DNA of 41,416 bases from Asterionella formosa (lineage: Eukaryota): the NCBI GenBank assembly GCA_002256025.1, contig NKIB01014686.1:1-41416 (forward strand), given 5' to 3'. Shown piece by piece: positions 11,914 to 21,543 of this stretch. The notes under the pieces were generated by a model, which saw only the letters and a program-made list of their open reading frames with translations, was not told the DNA's origin and did not search any database. The first letter of the stretch is position 1; each line of letters opens with the position of its first letter. Both the position numbers and the translations under genes were made by a program.

Positions 11914-12981
11914 ATGGTACTGTCAAAAACGAAGCAAGATGAGACTGCTGATGACAAACCTCCTACCGGTCCAATGCCGTCAGTACTGGATCCGGTCCAA
12001 GTCCACGAGACTCTCTTGGAGGCGAGGCAAGTATCGGAACAGCCCCGAATGGAGTGGATGTCAAGGCATGCTCTGAGAAAAGCGGTGAGAGGCAGGCAAA
12101 TGAGACTACATGCAGCTGATAACTCTTATGGATCAATCCCATTCGCCAGAACTACGTCACGACAAAAAACACTCAAATCATTCCCGAATTCCAAGCCAGA
12201 AGTAGCGAAAGCGCCAAGGTGTGCTCCCAAACAAACAAAACGGACTACTAACGAGAACACTGCTTTTCGCAAAGGGACTTCTACCGACAAATCATTAGTT
12301 GAACCTGTATCGGTAGGAGAATCGTTCATGCTCCCTGTTTCTAACCTCCATGTGCAAGTCTGGGAAGCCGTTCGCCTCGTTGGGGAAGAAATCAAATGTG
12401 GGGTCTGGCCATTATCAAATCAGAGTTTGTTAACAAGTCTTCCTATAGTCTTAGAGCAGTTCATACGAGAGATATTCTTGCCACATTTGCAGGGAAGGGA
12501 TGCCGTGGAAGATCGAGTTTATGTAGCAACCATGCTGGCTATAAGAGAAGTTCTGACACAGAATTCAAAAGAATTATTCGTTTTGGACTTTGAATCAACC
12601 ACAAAAGAGGAAGTGGATTTTGGTGCCCGAGTACTAGCCACTGGGATTATTTTGGCGGCGAACGAACGGCTAATGAAAGTGACGAACCTGGATTTAGTTA
12701 GACTTGTCAACATGTATGATGATGGAGCCCCTGAATTTAAGGATGCTTTGACTCGCATGGGTGGAAAGGAACAGCCTATTGCACCCAATGGGAAACCCCT
12801 TGATCGACAAGAAGCAGTTATTTGGAAGGCGGCATTCAACATGGCGCGAGAGAAGCATCCATTGATGGGCAAAGACAAGAAGGAAATTAAGCAGGGAGAA
12901 CTGAATTTGATTCAATTGGCAGAACCAACCGCTTGCTATGTGGCCATGGTGGAGGCATTACCACCAACGACAAAATGGTAA
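11914..12981 (+). CDS. hypothetical protein, 355 aa
   Basis: Long ATG ORF (context ACCATGG) with a disordered N-terminal half and a helical C-terminal half. No family recognised. Confidence 0.75.
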   Translation: MVLSKTKQDETADDKPPTGPMPSVLDPVQVHETLLEARQVSEQPRMEWMSRHALRKAVRGRQMRLHAADNSYGSIPFARTTSRQKTLKSFPNSKPEVAKAPRCAPKQTKRTTNENTAFRKGTSTDKSLVEPVSVGESFMLPVSNLHVQVWEAVRLVGEEIKCGVWPLSNQSLLTSLPIVLEQFIREIFLPHLQGRDAVEDRVYVATMLAIREVLTQNSKELFVLDFESTTKEEVDFGARVLATGIILAANERLMKVTNLDLVRLVNMYDDGAPEFKDALTRMGGKEQPIAPNGKPLDRQEAVIWKAAFNMAREKHPLMGKDKKEIKQGELNLIQLAEPTACYVAMVEALPPTTKW

Positions 12982-13038
12982 CAAAATTACCTTGTCAAAT
13001 ATTCAATGAAGAAAATCTACAAATGTATTGTTACCATC

Positions 13039-14469
13039 TTAATGATTTGATGTCACCCTTGTCGCCTTAAGCACTGCTCCTACACTTTTTCGCGTCACGT
13101 AATACTCAACGTGTCCTTCCTGCACCACTGTCCACTCGAAATCAGAGCATAGCTTCGCCAACACGACGGAAAGTTCCGCCTGCGCCAATGCCTGTCCCTG
13201 ACACGATCGCCGTCCCGTCCCAAAACCCAACCAATTACGGTTCATCTCCTCGGTCGGATTCAACCATCGCTGGGGTAGGAACGAGTCCGCTTTCTCATAC
13301 ACGTCTTGGTCCCGGTGAATGCAGTGTGTCGCAACGAATACAACGGAGCCTTTGGGAATTATTATATTTTGCTTTTCCAAAATATAGTCCTTCGCAGGTA
13401 CTCTTAAGGCTCCAATCGCAGTTGTTATATGGAGGCGCATCGACTCTCGAATGGTGTGCTTCAAGGCTGGGCAATTGCGGCGTTCATTTTCTGGCAACTG
13501 TAATAATTCCGTTCGCAACCATGTCTGAGCCTCGGGGTTCTTCGCCAATTCAAGCAAAGTCCAACTAATAGTGTAAGAAGTAGTATCATAACCACCAGCA
13601 AAATACCCCACCATATCACGGACTCGTTCGTCGTCGTTATTGTATTCTGGATCATTCACAATGAACTTCAAAATGGTGGGGTTTGACCTATTTTGAGCTC
13701 TGTAATGAGCCAACATCTTTCGACCCAGATGAATCAAGTCTCTGGAGGCTAGTCGAGCTCGACGAACACCTGGATAAAGCAGACCAAAAATCGCTCTTTG
13801 TGGGTACTTTTGAGACTTTTGGCCGAATTCTCGATATGCCAATTTCAACGACAACAAGGCCATTTCCATCTCCTCCCCACTTAAATCATAATCAAATCCA
13901 ATTTTCCCAATGACAATCAATGTGAGTCGCTGCATCTCTTCTGACATATCCAACAGGCGGGAGTTATTATCGTCGCAAAATGTGCGTTCGATCCAATCAT
14001 CCAATACAACTTCAACAGTTTCCGACATGGCAGCAACATGCGACTGTCGAAAGGCACCATTTGTGTGTTTTCGGACGTGACTCGCCCTAATTCCTTCGGA
14101 TGAAAAGAAGTTGTCGCCACTTGCCACCTTGTCAAAGAAACTGTATCCCAAGTACCATTTGAGAGAAGTTGGATCGTCCAAAATGCGGCGAGCAACTTTC
14201 GCGTCTGCCAGTACAATACAGGTTTGAAAAGGCAGTATGGGAAAGCTGAGTATCTTTTGTTGGGAGGATCTGATCACTTTCAAGAGGTAGTCTGGTGTTG
14301 TGTCGGATCGAAAGTTTTCGAGCATGTTCATTACTGTTCCCGGAGCCCGAGGTGGTAGCCGGTAATTGCTGTGCCGCGAGCGCTTGTGAAAAAAGAACAG
14401 AAATGCCAGAGTCAACGCGCCTATCGAAATCCAGCCATAAATCGGGTTTAACGGAGCCATCCACTCCAT
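13039..14469 (-). CDS. cytochrome P450, intronless and ER-anchored
   Basis: N-terminal TM anchor followed by LPPRAPG, I-helix AGGYDTT, ExxR (ESMR), PQRW and heme ligand FGTGRRSCQG. The first ATG is at 14469 (MEWMAPL). Confidence 0.95.
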   Translation of the reverse strand: MEWMAPLNPIYGWISIGALTLAFLFFFHKRSRHSNYRLPPRAPGTVMNMLENFRSDTTPDYLLKVIRSSQQKILSFPILPFQTCIVLADAKVARRILDDPTSLKWYLGYSFFDKVASGDNFFSSEGIRASHVRKHTNGAFRQSHVAAMSETVEVVLDDWIERTFCDDNNSRLLDMSEEMQRLTLIVIGKIGFDYDLSGEEMEMALLSLKLAYREFGQKSQKYPQRAIFGLLYPGVRRARLASRDLIHLGRKMLAHYRAQNRSNPTILKFIVNDPEYNNDDERVRDMVGYFAGGYDTTSYTISWTLLELAKNPEAQTWLRTELLQLPENERRNCPALKHTIRESMRLHITTAIGALRVPAKDYILEKQNIIIPKGSVVFVATHCIHRDQDVYEKADSFLPQRWLNPTEEMNRNWLGFGTGRRSCQGQALAQAELSVVLAKLCSDFEWTVVQEGHVEYYVTRKSVGAVLKATRVTSNH

Positions 14470-14637
14470 TCTTCTGCTGAGTACCACTAGTTGATTAGAT
14501 TTGAAGTCTTTGTAATGTACTACGAGAAGCACAGAGCAACAAACTGAAATACTCCAAGTGCTCTACATTTAAAGTTTTTGTCTAGAAAAGTGCACAATAC
14601 AAAACGATATCCGAGCGGTACCTGGTACCTGGTCGTA

Positions 14638-14660
14638 CCAGCAAGTTGCGGTAATTGTGC
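14638..14660 (+). mobile_element. solitary end of the same MITE family as 20236-20337
   Basis: TA|CCAGCAAGTTGCGGTAATTGTGC matches the reverse complement of the 20337 end (CCCGCAAGTTGCTGTAATTGTGC) at 21 of 23 positions. No partner end was found. Confidence 0.55.
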
Positions 14661-15432
14661 GTTGTGGTACCACCCGGCTGGTACCAGTACGACTGATACC
14701 CTGGTACCTGGTACCAGGTACCTAGTAGCCTGGTTCAGGGACTACCAGAGGTCTACATGTGTTTGACCACAGTTAGCACCTCGTACCGGAAGCTACATCA
14801 GTGCTCATGTTCTGGTACCTGGTACAATGGTGTGGGTTACCAGGTACCGGTACGGACCTGTTACCAAACCCGACGGAGGACGGAGTGGTGCACAGTAGCT
14901 ACCGGCACAAATAATATATGAATATACCGATATTTATGTATGTGCAACAGCAGCCATAGGCACTACCGGTATCCAGTCATCAAAAACGAGCGAAATGCTG
15001 CAGCATGCTGAAGCAATGCTGGTACACGCATACCGGTACCTGGTTCTTCGCTCGTATATGGAGTACCTGGTACGGGTATGTAGTACCTTGTACCAGTACT
15101 CCTACCGGTCCCACCGTCATTCAAATGAATGCAACACAAACAACTAACCAGGATTGCAAACCGGGTGTTTGTAACCCTGTCCTTTCTCATTCAATCGAAC
15201 CTTGGCGGGTGTAGTAATTCGAACTAGAGCCATCAATACGAGCACAGCAACTGTGATCTGTTGACAGCAAAGCAAAGGTAAATCGTGCAGGCCGATAAAG
15301 GCAAAAACGAAACGGAGAGGAGGGAGCGGAATCAGAGATTGACTCACCTTTGTCGCCTGTGCCATACACACTGCAAGCAGAGTCAACGTGCAAGTTTCCG
15401 CAAGTACTGTTTCTCAAGCTGACCTGCCTCAG

Positions 15433-16536
15433 ATGATTACTGAACAAGACCTTTACCACCCCGACCCCGGCGGTGCCTTGACGACCGACAACAAGTGGTC
15501 CAAGAACGGTTATGGTGAGCCTTGTCCTCGCTCTGGGGGGAAATTCACCAAGGAAGAAACGGAAACTGTGCGCAGCGCTGTCGAAGAATTCTGCGCCATT
15601 AAGCAAATCACGACTGCCCGCCTTTGCTCCGAGTGCGACCACAAGGCAGAACTCAAAGGCGCGTGGATGGAAATTGCGAAGCGCCTTCCACATCGAACTG
15701 TGCAGAGTGTGTATCGACACGGGCTTCGCCAGCTGCATCCCTTCAAGCGCGGACCTTGGACGGAACAAGAACAGCAAGTTCTTCTCGACCTCGTCGCCCG
15801 TATGGGCAAGAAATGGTCGGCCATCCAGTCCAAGCTCAACCGATCCGCCGATAGCTGCCGCGACAAATATCGCGAGATGAGCACCGAGTACATCAAGGGC
15901 CGCTGGAAGGAAGGAGAGACGGAGATTCTCAAGCGACTCATCCGAGAACACTTGCGCGCCGATCCAAATGCGGACATTAGGGAGCTTGGGAAGATGGCCG
16001 AGCTGGAAGGAATTATCATTCCTTGGTCGACCATTTCCAAACGCATGGGGAAGCGTTCTCGTCTATCGTGCTTCAAAAAATGGCAAAAGATGACTGGCAT
16101 TTATTCGCCTTCTGACCAGCACAAAATCGAGGCAATGCTTCATTCGAAACCGGACGAAATGGTGGACCATCCCATTATAGGCCACGCAGCACCAACCGCA
16201 GGAGCCGCCGCTGCGGCTCACGCTGCGGCCATGTCGGCTCATACTGCTCTTCAAAATGATATTGATTATTACATCCTCTCAGAGATTGCCAGCTCGGGCG
16301 CACATCACGATTCCGAGTTTCCTTGGAATACCCTTCGTGTCGATGACTCCCTGGGCCGCTGGATCGAAATTTTGCGTGAGTGGCAGGAAGAAGCGGCTCC
16401 CGAACACTCGCTCCTGCAACTACCTATTTTCGAGATCGCGCAGTTATTGCTAGAACGTAAGCAGCAAGCGAAGATGGCCGCGGAAACAGTCGAAGCGGTT
16501 GATTTACCAAACATTGTTGAAAAACGAGAGGTGTAA
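15433..16536 (+). CDS. Myb/SANT-repeat transcription factor, Reb1/TTF1/DMTF1-like
   Basis: Myb repeats GKFTKEE...WMEIAKRLPHRT, RGPWTEQE...KKWSAIQSKLNRSADSCRDKYR and KGRWKEGE...IPWSTISKRMGKRSRLSCFKKW. A probable upstream intron lies at 15278-15380, so the true start may be further 5'. Confidence 0.9.
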   Translation: MITEQDLYHPDPGGALTTDNKWSKNGYGEPCPRSGGKFTKEETETVRSAVEEFCAIKQITTARLCSECDHKAELKGAWMEIAKRLPHRTVQSVYRHGLRQLHPFKRGPWTEQEQQVLLDLVARMGKKWSAIQSKLNRSADSCRDKYREMSTEYIKGRWKEGETEILKRLIREHLRADPNADIRELGKMAELEGIIIPWSTISKRMGKRSRLSCFKKWQKMTGIYSPSDQHKIEAMLHSKPDEMVDHPIIGHAAPTAGAAAAAHAAAMSAHTALQNDIDYYILSEIASSGAHHDSEFPWNTLRVDDSLGRWIEILREWQEEAAPEHSLLQLPIFEIAQLLLERKQQAKMAAETVEAVDLPNIVEKREV

Positions 16537-17126
16537 ATGACGAAACTCAGGTTGTGTGGAGATGGATTCTTTTTATTGAAAATGAAAAGGGAGAGCACTA
16601 ATAAATGCGTGATGCTACATGTTTAAGAATAAATGTCATGATTGTGGTGCTATTAGTTGCCGCTCGCACCAACGGACATGATGGCTTGGTTAGTCTCACA
16701 GTCCATTGCTTCGGAATTAAATTAATCTTGTCGTTGGACTGCACCTACACCACAGTAGATTGAAGTGAACCCACTTTTGGAGAAACTGTCAAGACGGAGG
16801 ATGCTAAAGGTCGTTACAAGTATATTTACTATCCCCACACAGCATCATACACTTCGCCGTGTCAATGCGTTGTCGCCACAATCGCCCTTCATCATGTTGG
16901 TGCATTTCCATCATTATTCCAGTAGACTTATTTTGTCTAGATTCAAGTTGAATTATTGCATATGATTTCTGCTTTATTGTTTGCAATGACTACAGAGTTC
17001 ATGGTCATAATGAAGGAAGAAGATTTGGTCGTCCAATTTGTCAAGAGATTTTCTCAATTCGATGAAGTTCGGGAGCGCTGCTAAATAAACACAAACGGAA
17101 AATACAATGCGACGAAGGAGTAGATA

Positions 17127-18108
17127 TCAAAATTGACTGTTTTTACTGGATTCCATTAGCTTCAGAGCATAGTGACCTTTCATCATTTTCGCTCGCTTTA
17201 GTCTTCGTGCTTTCTGCGCTGCCTCGTCGCTATTGTCGTTGTCGCCAGTTTGATCGTTGTCAACCTTTTTTGCTTGTTCGGGATGAATTAAACGAACCGT
17301 ATTGACTGGCTCATCGTACTTCACAGCTTCTTGAACTGCCTCATTATCGTGATCATCCTCATCGCTACTCGAATAAGTCCCTAACAAACCTATTCCAGTT
17401 TGATTCAGCTTCTTGTCCTCCACATCCTTTAAATGGAGATAGTAAGCATGCCATGGGTGGTCACGAAGAAGAAAAACAAAATCTTCATTATCTCTTTGTT
17501 TGAACTTGAGCATAACCTCTAGTTGGGGTGCTGATGCAGCTTTTGTTGCTGTACGCTTCAGTATCTCCAATAATCTAGGATCAGATGGCTGTCGGTTATG
17601 AATCGCAAGAAAGTTTATCTGATGAGATCAACGCTTTCCGTTATAAGGAATGAATCATTCGTTTTGCCCAACTCACATGCATCTAAGAATATATTAATCA
17701 ACCATCCGTAGGCCCAGCCTCGAGAATCTAATCAATCAGCAAGTTCGCTCCCTTTATGGACGATCATCCCCCCATACTGACTGCCGCGTGAGGACTTACC
17801 ACAATCATTCCTGATGCAAGTTGTGTAGAGCCAAGCTCCAGCCGTTCTCGATCAGGAACAAATGACGCTCTTGCGTATTCTGGCAAATGCTCATATCGCT
17901 CCTTGGATTCGTCGGTTTCTTTTGAAATGGCGGGAATACTTCGCTTTCTGGAATAGTCATTCAATTGGTCAATTGCTTCCTTGTATCGTTGGCGCGACAA
18001 TACATGTAGCTCTGTCGGTGACATAAAATCCAACTGCTCTTCATCATTCCCGTCGTTACCCTGCAACACAGACGTAAGGTGCTCTTGATCATCGTCATGG
18101 ACCTCCAT
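17127..18108 (-). CDS. SURP/SWAP-domain splicing factor (suppressor-of-white-apricot-like); exons 18108-17800 and 17588-17127
   Basis: Intron 17589-17799 (GTAAGT...GACAG) joins GMIV|PSDPRLLEILKRTATKAASAPQLEVMLKFKQRDNEDFVFLLRDHPWHAYYLHLK, which matches the SURP pattern. Confidence 0.8.
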
Positions 18109-18328
18109 GATGATTGGATGGTGTTGGCGTGGGTAGTATCAGTTCGGTGGTGGTCATAAGTTTTCGAACAAGGAAATGTGCGTAGGAACACGGTTTTGAA
18201 CAACCAGCAGGTATACCGGTACCTACCCGTCATATCCCGCTAAATACGTTGCTAGATACAAACGGACAAGTTACAGATACACACATAATGAGATCTACCG
18301 GTAGACGCATAAAAAGTAAAAAAGTATA

Positions 18329-18401
18329 TAACCCCGGCGAGATTTGAACTCGCGACCTTCTCGGTGTAAACGAGACGATCTAACCACTGATCTACGAAGT
18401 C
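18329..18401 (-). tRNA. tRNA-Val(UAC)
   Basis: GACTTCG TA GATC AGTGGTTA GATC G TCTCG TTTACAC CGAGA AGGTC GCGAG TTCAAAT CTCGC CGGGGTT A forms a full cloverleaf with anticodon TAC. A T6 Pol III terminator follows (A-run at 18318-18323 on +). Confidence 0.93.
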
Positions 18402-18632
18402 TCGATGACATAATATGTGCAAGAATAACTATTTAAACTGACTAGAAATGTTTAAGGGATAGAAATTTAAAATCTGTTATGTATCCATGCATGTATGACA
18501 TCATGACGAGCGATCTTTGCCGAAATCATACCCGGCTTCACATGTGAAGGCCGGTATCTGTATCTATCATTGTGATCTACATGCGCAATTTTCCTTTGAC
18601 ATCGCAGATACATACGCACACATATCCCCACA

Positions 18633-19496
18633 ATGACGCCTCGTCCTACATCATGGTCCATCGAGCACGCTGGTAGCTTTGCTTCAGTGCACGTCCAGCT
18701 TCCTGCCGCATCGTCAATCCATTGTGAATCCGATGCTGTTGTGAGTTTTACAAATGCCACCGTCAAGGGAGTCTTCAAAGGTGGATTTTTAGGAAGTTTG
18801 GCACGATGGTTCTTCACAAAGGAATCCTTCTTTACTACACAAGTGTCAGCAACTACGGCTGATGGTGGGAATGTCATGATGGCATCCGCCGATCCAGGCG
18901 GAATTGTTTTGCATCGATTCAAGAATAGTAATGATGACTTGCTTTTGATAAGTGGATCCTATCTCGCTTCCGACACGACAGTCCAAGTCATCACAACTCC
19001 GAACAATGTTGAAAGCCTCGGGTCTACGTTGCTTTCAAAAACTGGATTTTTCCTGCTTCGAGCCAGTGGACAGGGAACTATAGCATGTTCTGCCTTTGGT
19101 GCAGTTCACACGTTCCACATCCCACCAGGTGAGGTACGAGCGGTTGATAATGGTCATGTTGTGGCTTGGACTGCTACCATGACGTTTTGGGTAGGTTTGG
19201 CAAGTCGAGGGGACGGACTATACAATCGCACTCTTTACAGCATTACCAGTGGTGAGGGGTTCATGTGCTTTTTTCAAGGGCCGGGTACAGTCCATGTACA
19301 AAGTCATGCACGAAAACTGAATCGAAATTCCCATGGAAGTAACAAGAAAAGTGGATGTAGCTGCACAGTATTCTTGTTCACGTTGCTAGTGATCCTATTC
19401 ATTGTTATACAGATTTACATTCTGGTGATGGAACAACCACTCATCACTTTTACAAGCAATACTGGAAGTGAACGCAGTCGCCCTACAACGAGATGA
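18633..19496 (+). CDS. AIM24/DUF124 (TRAP-like fold) family protein with C-terminal TM helix
   Basis: Motifs IHCESDAVV, GGFLGSLAR...ESFF, GFFLLRASGQG, VDNGHVVAW and SGEGFMCFFQGPGTVHVQSH, followed by a hydrophobic tail. Confidence 0.88.
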   Translation: MTPRPTSWSIEHAGSFASVHVQLPAASSIHCESDAVVSFTNATVKGVFKGGFLGSLARWFFTKESFFTTQVSATTADGGNVMMASADPGGIVLHRFKNSNDDLLLISGSYLASDTTVQVITTPNNVESLGSTLLSKTGFFLLRASGQGTIACSAFGAVHTFHIPPGEVRAVDNGHVVAWTATMTFWVGLASRGDGLYNRTLYSITSGEGFMCFFQGPGTVHVQSHARKLNRNSHGSNKKSGCSCTVFLFTLLVILFIVIQIYILVMEQPLITFTSNTGSERSRPTTR

Positions 19497-19752
19497 CAAA
19501 GACGACAGTATGGTCAGCACGAAACCTCCAGGGAGGAGTACTACACAGGAGATCTATGAACTGAAACAGGATGTGATCATCCCCGAAGATAGTGTACAAA
19601 AAGTACTGCTCAGTGTCAGGTTTTGTCATGTCCATTATATCGATCGATATATTGTGCCAACACAATCACTGTCAAGGCAGTTCCTGCAAAGATTGCAGTT
19701 CCTTTGTGTGACGGGGAGAGGGTGTTGCAGCAAGATAAATTTTTGAGAAATT

Positions 19753-19798
19753 GGGGGGGGGTGTGGGGGGGGGNNNNNNNNNNCCCCCCCCACCCCCC

Positions 19799-19830
<32 letters not shown>
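19753..19830. other. assembly gap (10 N at 19774-19783) flanked by G- and C-homopolymer runs
   Basis: Seen directly. The true gap size and contiguity are unknown. Confidence 0.9.
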
Positions 19831-19835
<5 letters not shown>

Positions 19836-20235
19836 AAAGTACACAATTGGGAAACAAGAGGGAATGATTTCTCGTCTCAGCTCTTCGCCACAACATTTTC
19901 ACTTTCGTGTCAGCGCCGATCTTCTCGCGGAGTCCAATTATGTTATAGATTGTCATCACAGGTGATGTTGATTTCTTATTTGAGTAAGTCAAATAAGGGT
20001 GTGTACTAAATAGAGATTCTATATGAGTACAGTCATATTCAGCTATTAAAAAGTACAATGCAGCATTTGCTAGTTGGGAACCAAGTAAAATCGAGGAGCA
20101 CGTTTAGTAAGAAAAATGCTTACCCACCTTGCTTGCCGGTGTCGTCGCTCATGTACACCCAAAAACTTTGCTTCCAATCATATGCCGGTACCCCACCATA
20201 AGTACTCTGTGTACGTTGCCAACCTGCCTTCAGTA

Positions 20236-20337
20236 CCGGCAAGTTGCGAACATTTTGTTTAAATAAACAATTCAATTTGGGATAAAGACAGCTAAACTTT
20301 TACCATTAGTTACAGCACAATTACAGCAACTTGCGGG
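20236..20337. mobile_element. 102-bp MITE with TA target-site duplication (Tc1/mariner-type, Stowaway-like)
   Basis: TA|CCGGCAAGTTGC...GCAACTTGCGGG|TA: a 12-bp TIR with 1 mismatch and an AT-rich interior. A related end occurs at 14638. Confidence 0.65.
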
Positions 20338-20414
20338 TACCAGGCCACCATATACAGTACCTGGTACAGTGAGTGAGCGAAGAGAAAATTGACATTTCGA
20401 TACCGTAGTATAAC

Positions 20415-21295
20415 ATGTCTCCACTTGCCCCACACACCAAATATGGGTCGAACACGACACCCAAAAAATCATGGCAAGGAGCGCAATCTGAATCGCGGCC
20501 CTTCCACAATGATACGATGACGACTCCACCCATCAACAGTCTAAGATTCTCTTTCACAGGCTTGTCGATTTGGTTGGAATTGGAACAGGAAAATGGCGAC
20601 CTCGACAAGGCCATTGCAATTGCTGCCAAACAAGTTGGGGTGCCTCCAATCCCTGCTCCTCATGTAACTGCCATTTACGGCATTCAACACCTGCTTGACG
20701 ACGACGTAAAGGAGAGATTTCAATTACTTAAGTCCTTGCATTGGCCTCCATTGACTGTCAAACAGCTGTATCATGGAATTGAGTTGGATGGCATCCAGGG
20801 TGGAACAATGGTGAGTTAGTTGTCTTCCAAAACCTGTTGACCACGGATTCCATTTGTATAGTACATGGAAGGATCACGCAAATGAGTTTGCCAACCCTTC
20901 CGTCGTTTTCTGAACCATCACATGTGATGATATTGACGACGGTGGTGGCGCTGTAGGATATGGCATGGGCTGAGGTCACGTATCATACGTCTCCAGATCA
21001 TGAGGCAATAATTGATTATGTGTACAACACCTTTCATAATGATGACAAGACGAAGCGACCATGGCAGTGGGCACCGCATCTATCATTGGTATACGACAAT
21101 CCAGAGACAACAAAAATCAATAATGATTTATTATTGTCCATTTCGGACAAAGTGCCATCCTTGTTGTTGAAAGGTACTCGCAATGTTAACGCAGTTTCAC
21201 TGTGGAGCACACAGGGCCAAGTGAATGAATGGAAGTGCCTGGATCGATTCCAATTATCGGTAGATAATTTGGCCAACTGCAAATTGGCAATGTAA
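20415..21295 (+). CDS. 2H phosphoesterase / cyclic nucleotide phosphodiesterase (CPDase-like); exons 20415-20810 and 20957-21295
   Basis: Two HxT/S motifs (PHVTAIYG, PHLSLVY), N-terminal SIWL and C-terminal VSLWST...EWK. Intron 20811-20956 (GTGAGT...TGTAG) is in phase 0. Confidence 0.87.
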
Positions 21296-21543
21296 TGGAT
21301 ACATGTTCCCCTGTCATTGTAGTGTATGGCGGCTCGCAATCTGTTTCCATCCACTTGCTACCTTGACATAGCTAGCTAGCCGTTACCATTGCCTGCGATT
21401 CAGAGTTTCATCACAGCATTCAGTTTGTCGTCTCTAACGAATATTTCTCGTCAAATCGTCAGACATGAAGCATAAAATGGTAAAATAACGATCGCCGGTA
21501 AAATATGAGTATTCTGCACCCTATTTTGGAATATTTAATCATT

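Noticed and set aside
14600..14860. CRISPR-like or telomeric array from the GGTACC/CCWGG repeats
   Set aside because: The units are 6-7 bp, irregular and dispersed, with no constant repeat-spacer period and no cas genes. The context is eukaryotic.
15125..15277. Extra upstream coding exons for the Myb gene (ATG at 15125, 61-bp intron 15167-15227)
   Set aside because: The frame is compatible, but the donor is weak and the intron shorter than any other here. It needs RNA evidence.
15187..16100. Long antisense ORFs (254 and 196 aa) over the Myb gene
   Set aside because: These are shadows of a GC-rich coding strand with no motifs of their own. The same applies to antisense ORFs over the ABC, V-ATPase, AIM24 and Copia sequences.
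15510..16100. Myb gene as the DNA-binding ORF of the Harbinger element
   Set aside because: It is a multi-repeat Reb1/TTF1-like host factor 18 kb away, with no adjacent transposase or TIRs.
19468..19746. 92-aa ORF overlapping the AIM24 3' end
   Set aside because: It has a non-ATG start, no recognisable motif and no clear splice path joining it to AIM24.
19616..20009. Poly-Gly/poly-Pro ORFs and an apparent G/C hairpin or G-quadruplex
   Set aside because: They span an N gap with unreliable homopolymer contig ends, so they are likely assembly artefacts.
18329..21295. Functional link between the tRNA gene and the nearby CPDase-like gene
   Set aside because: The tRNA is intronless, the two are separated by another gene and an assembly gap, and proximity alone is not evidence in a eukaryote.
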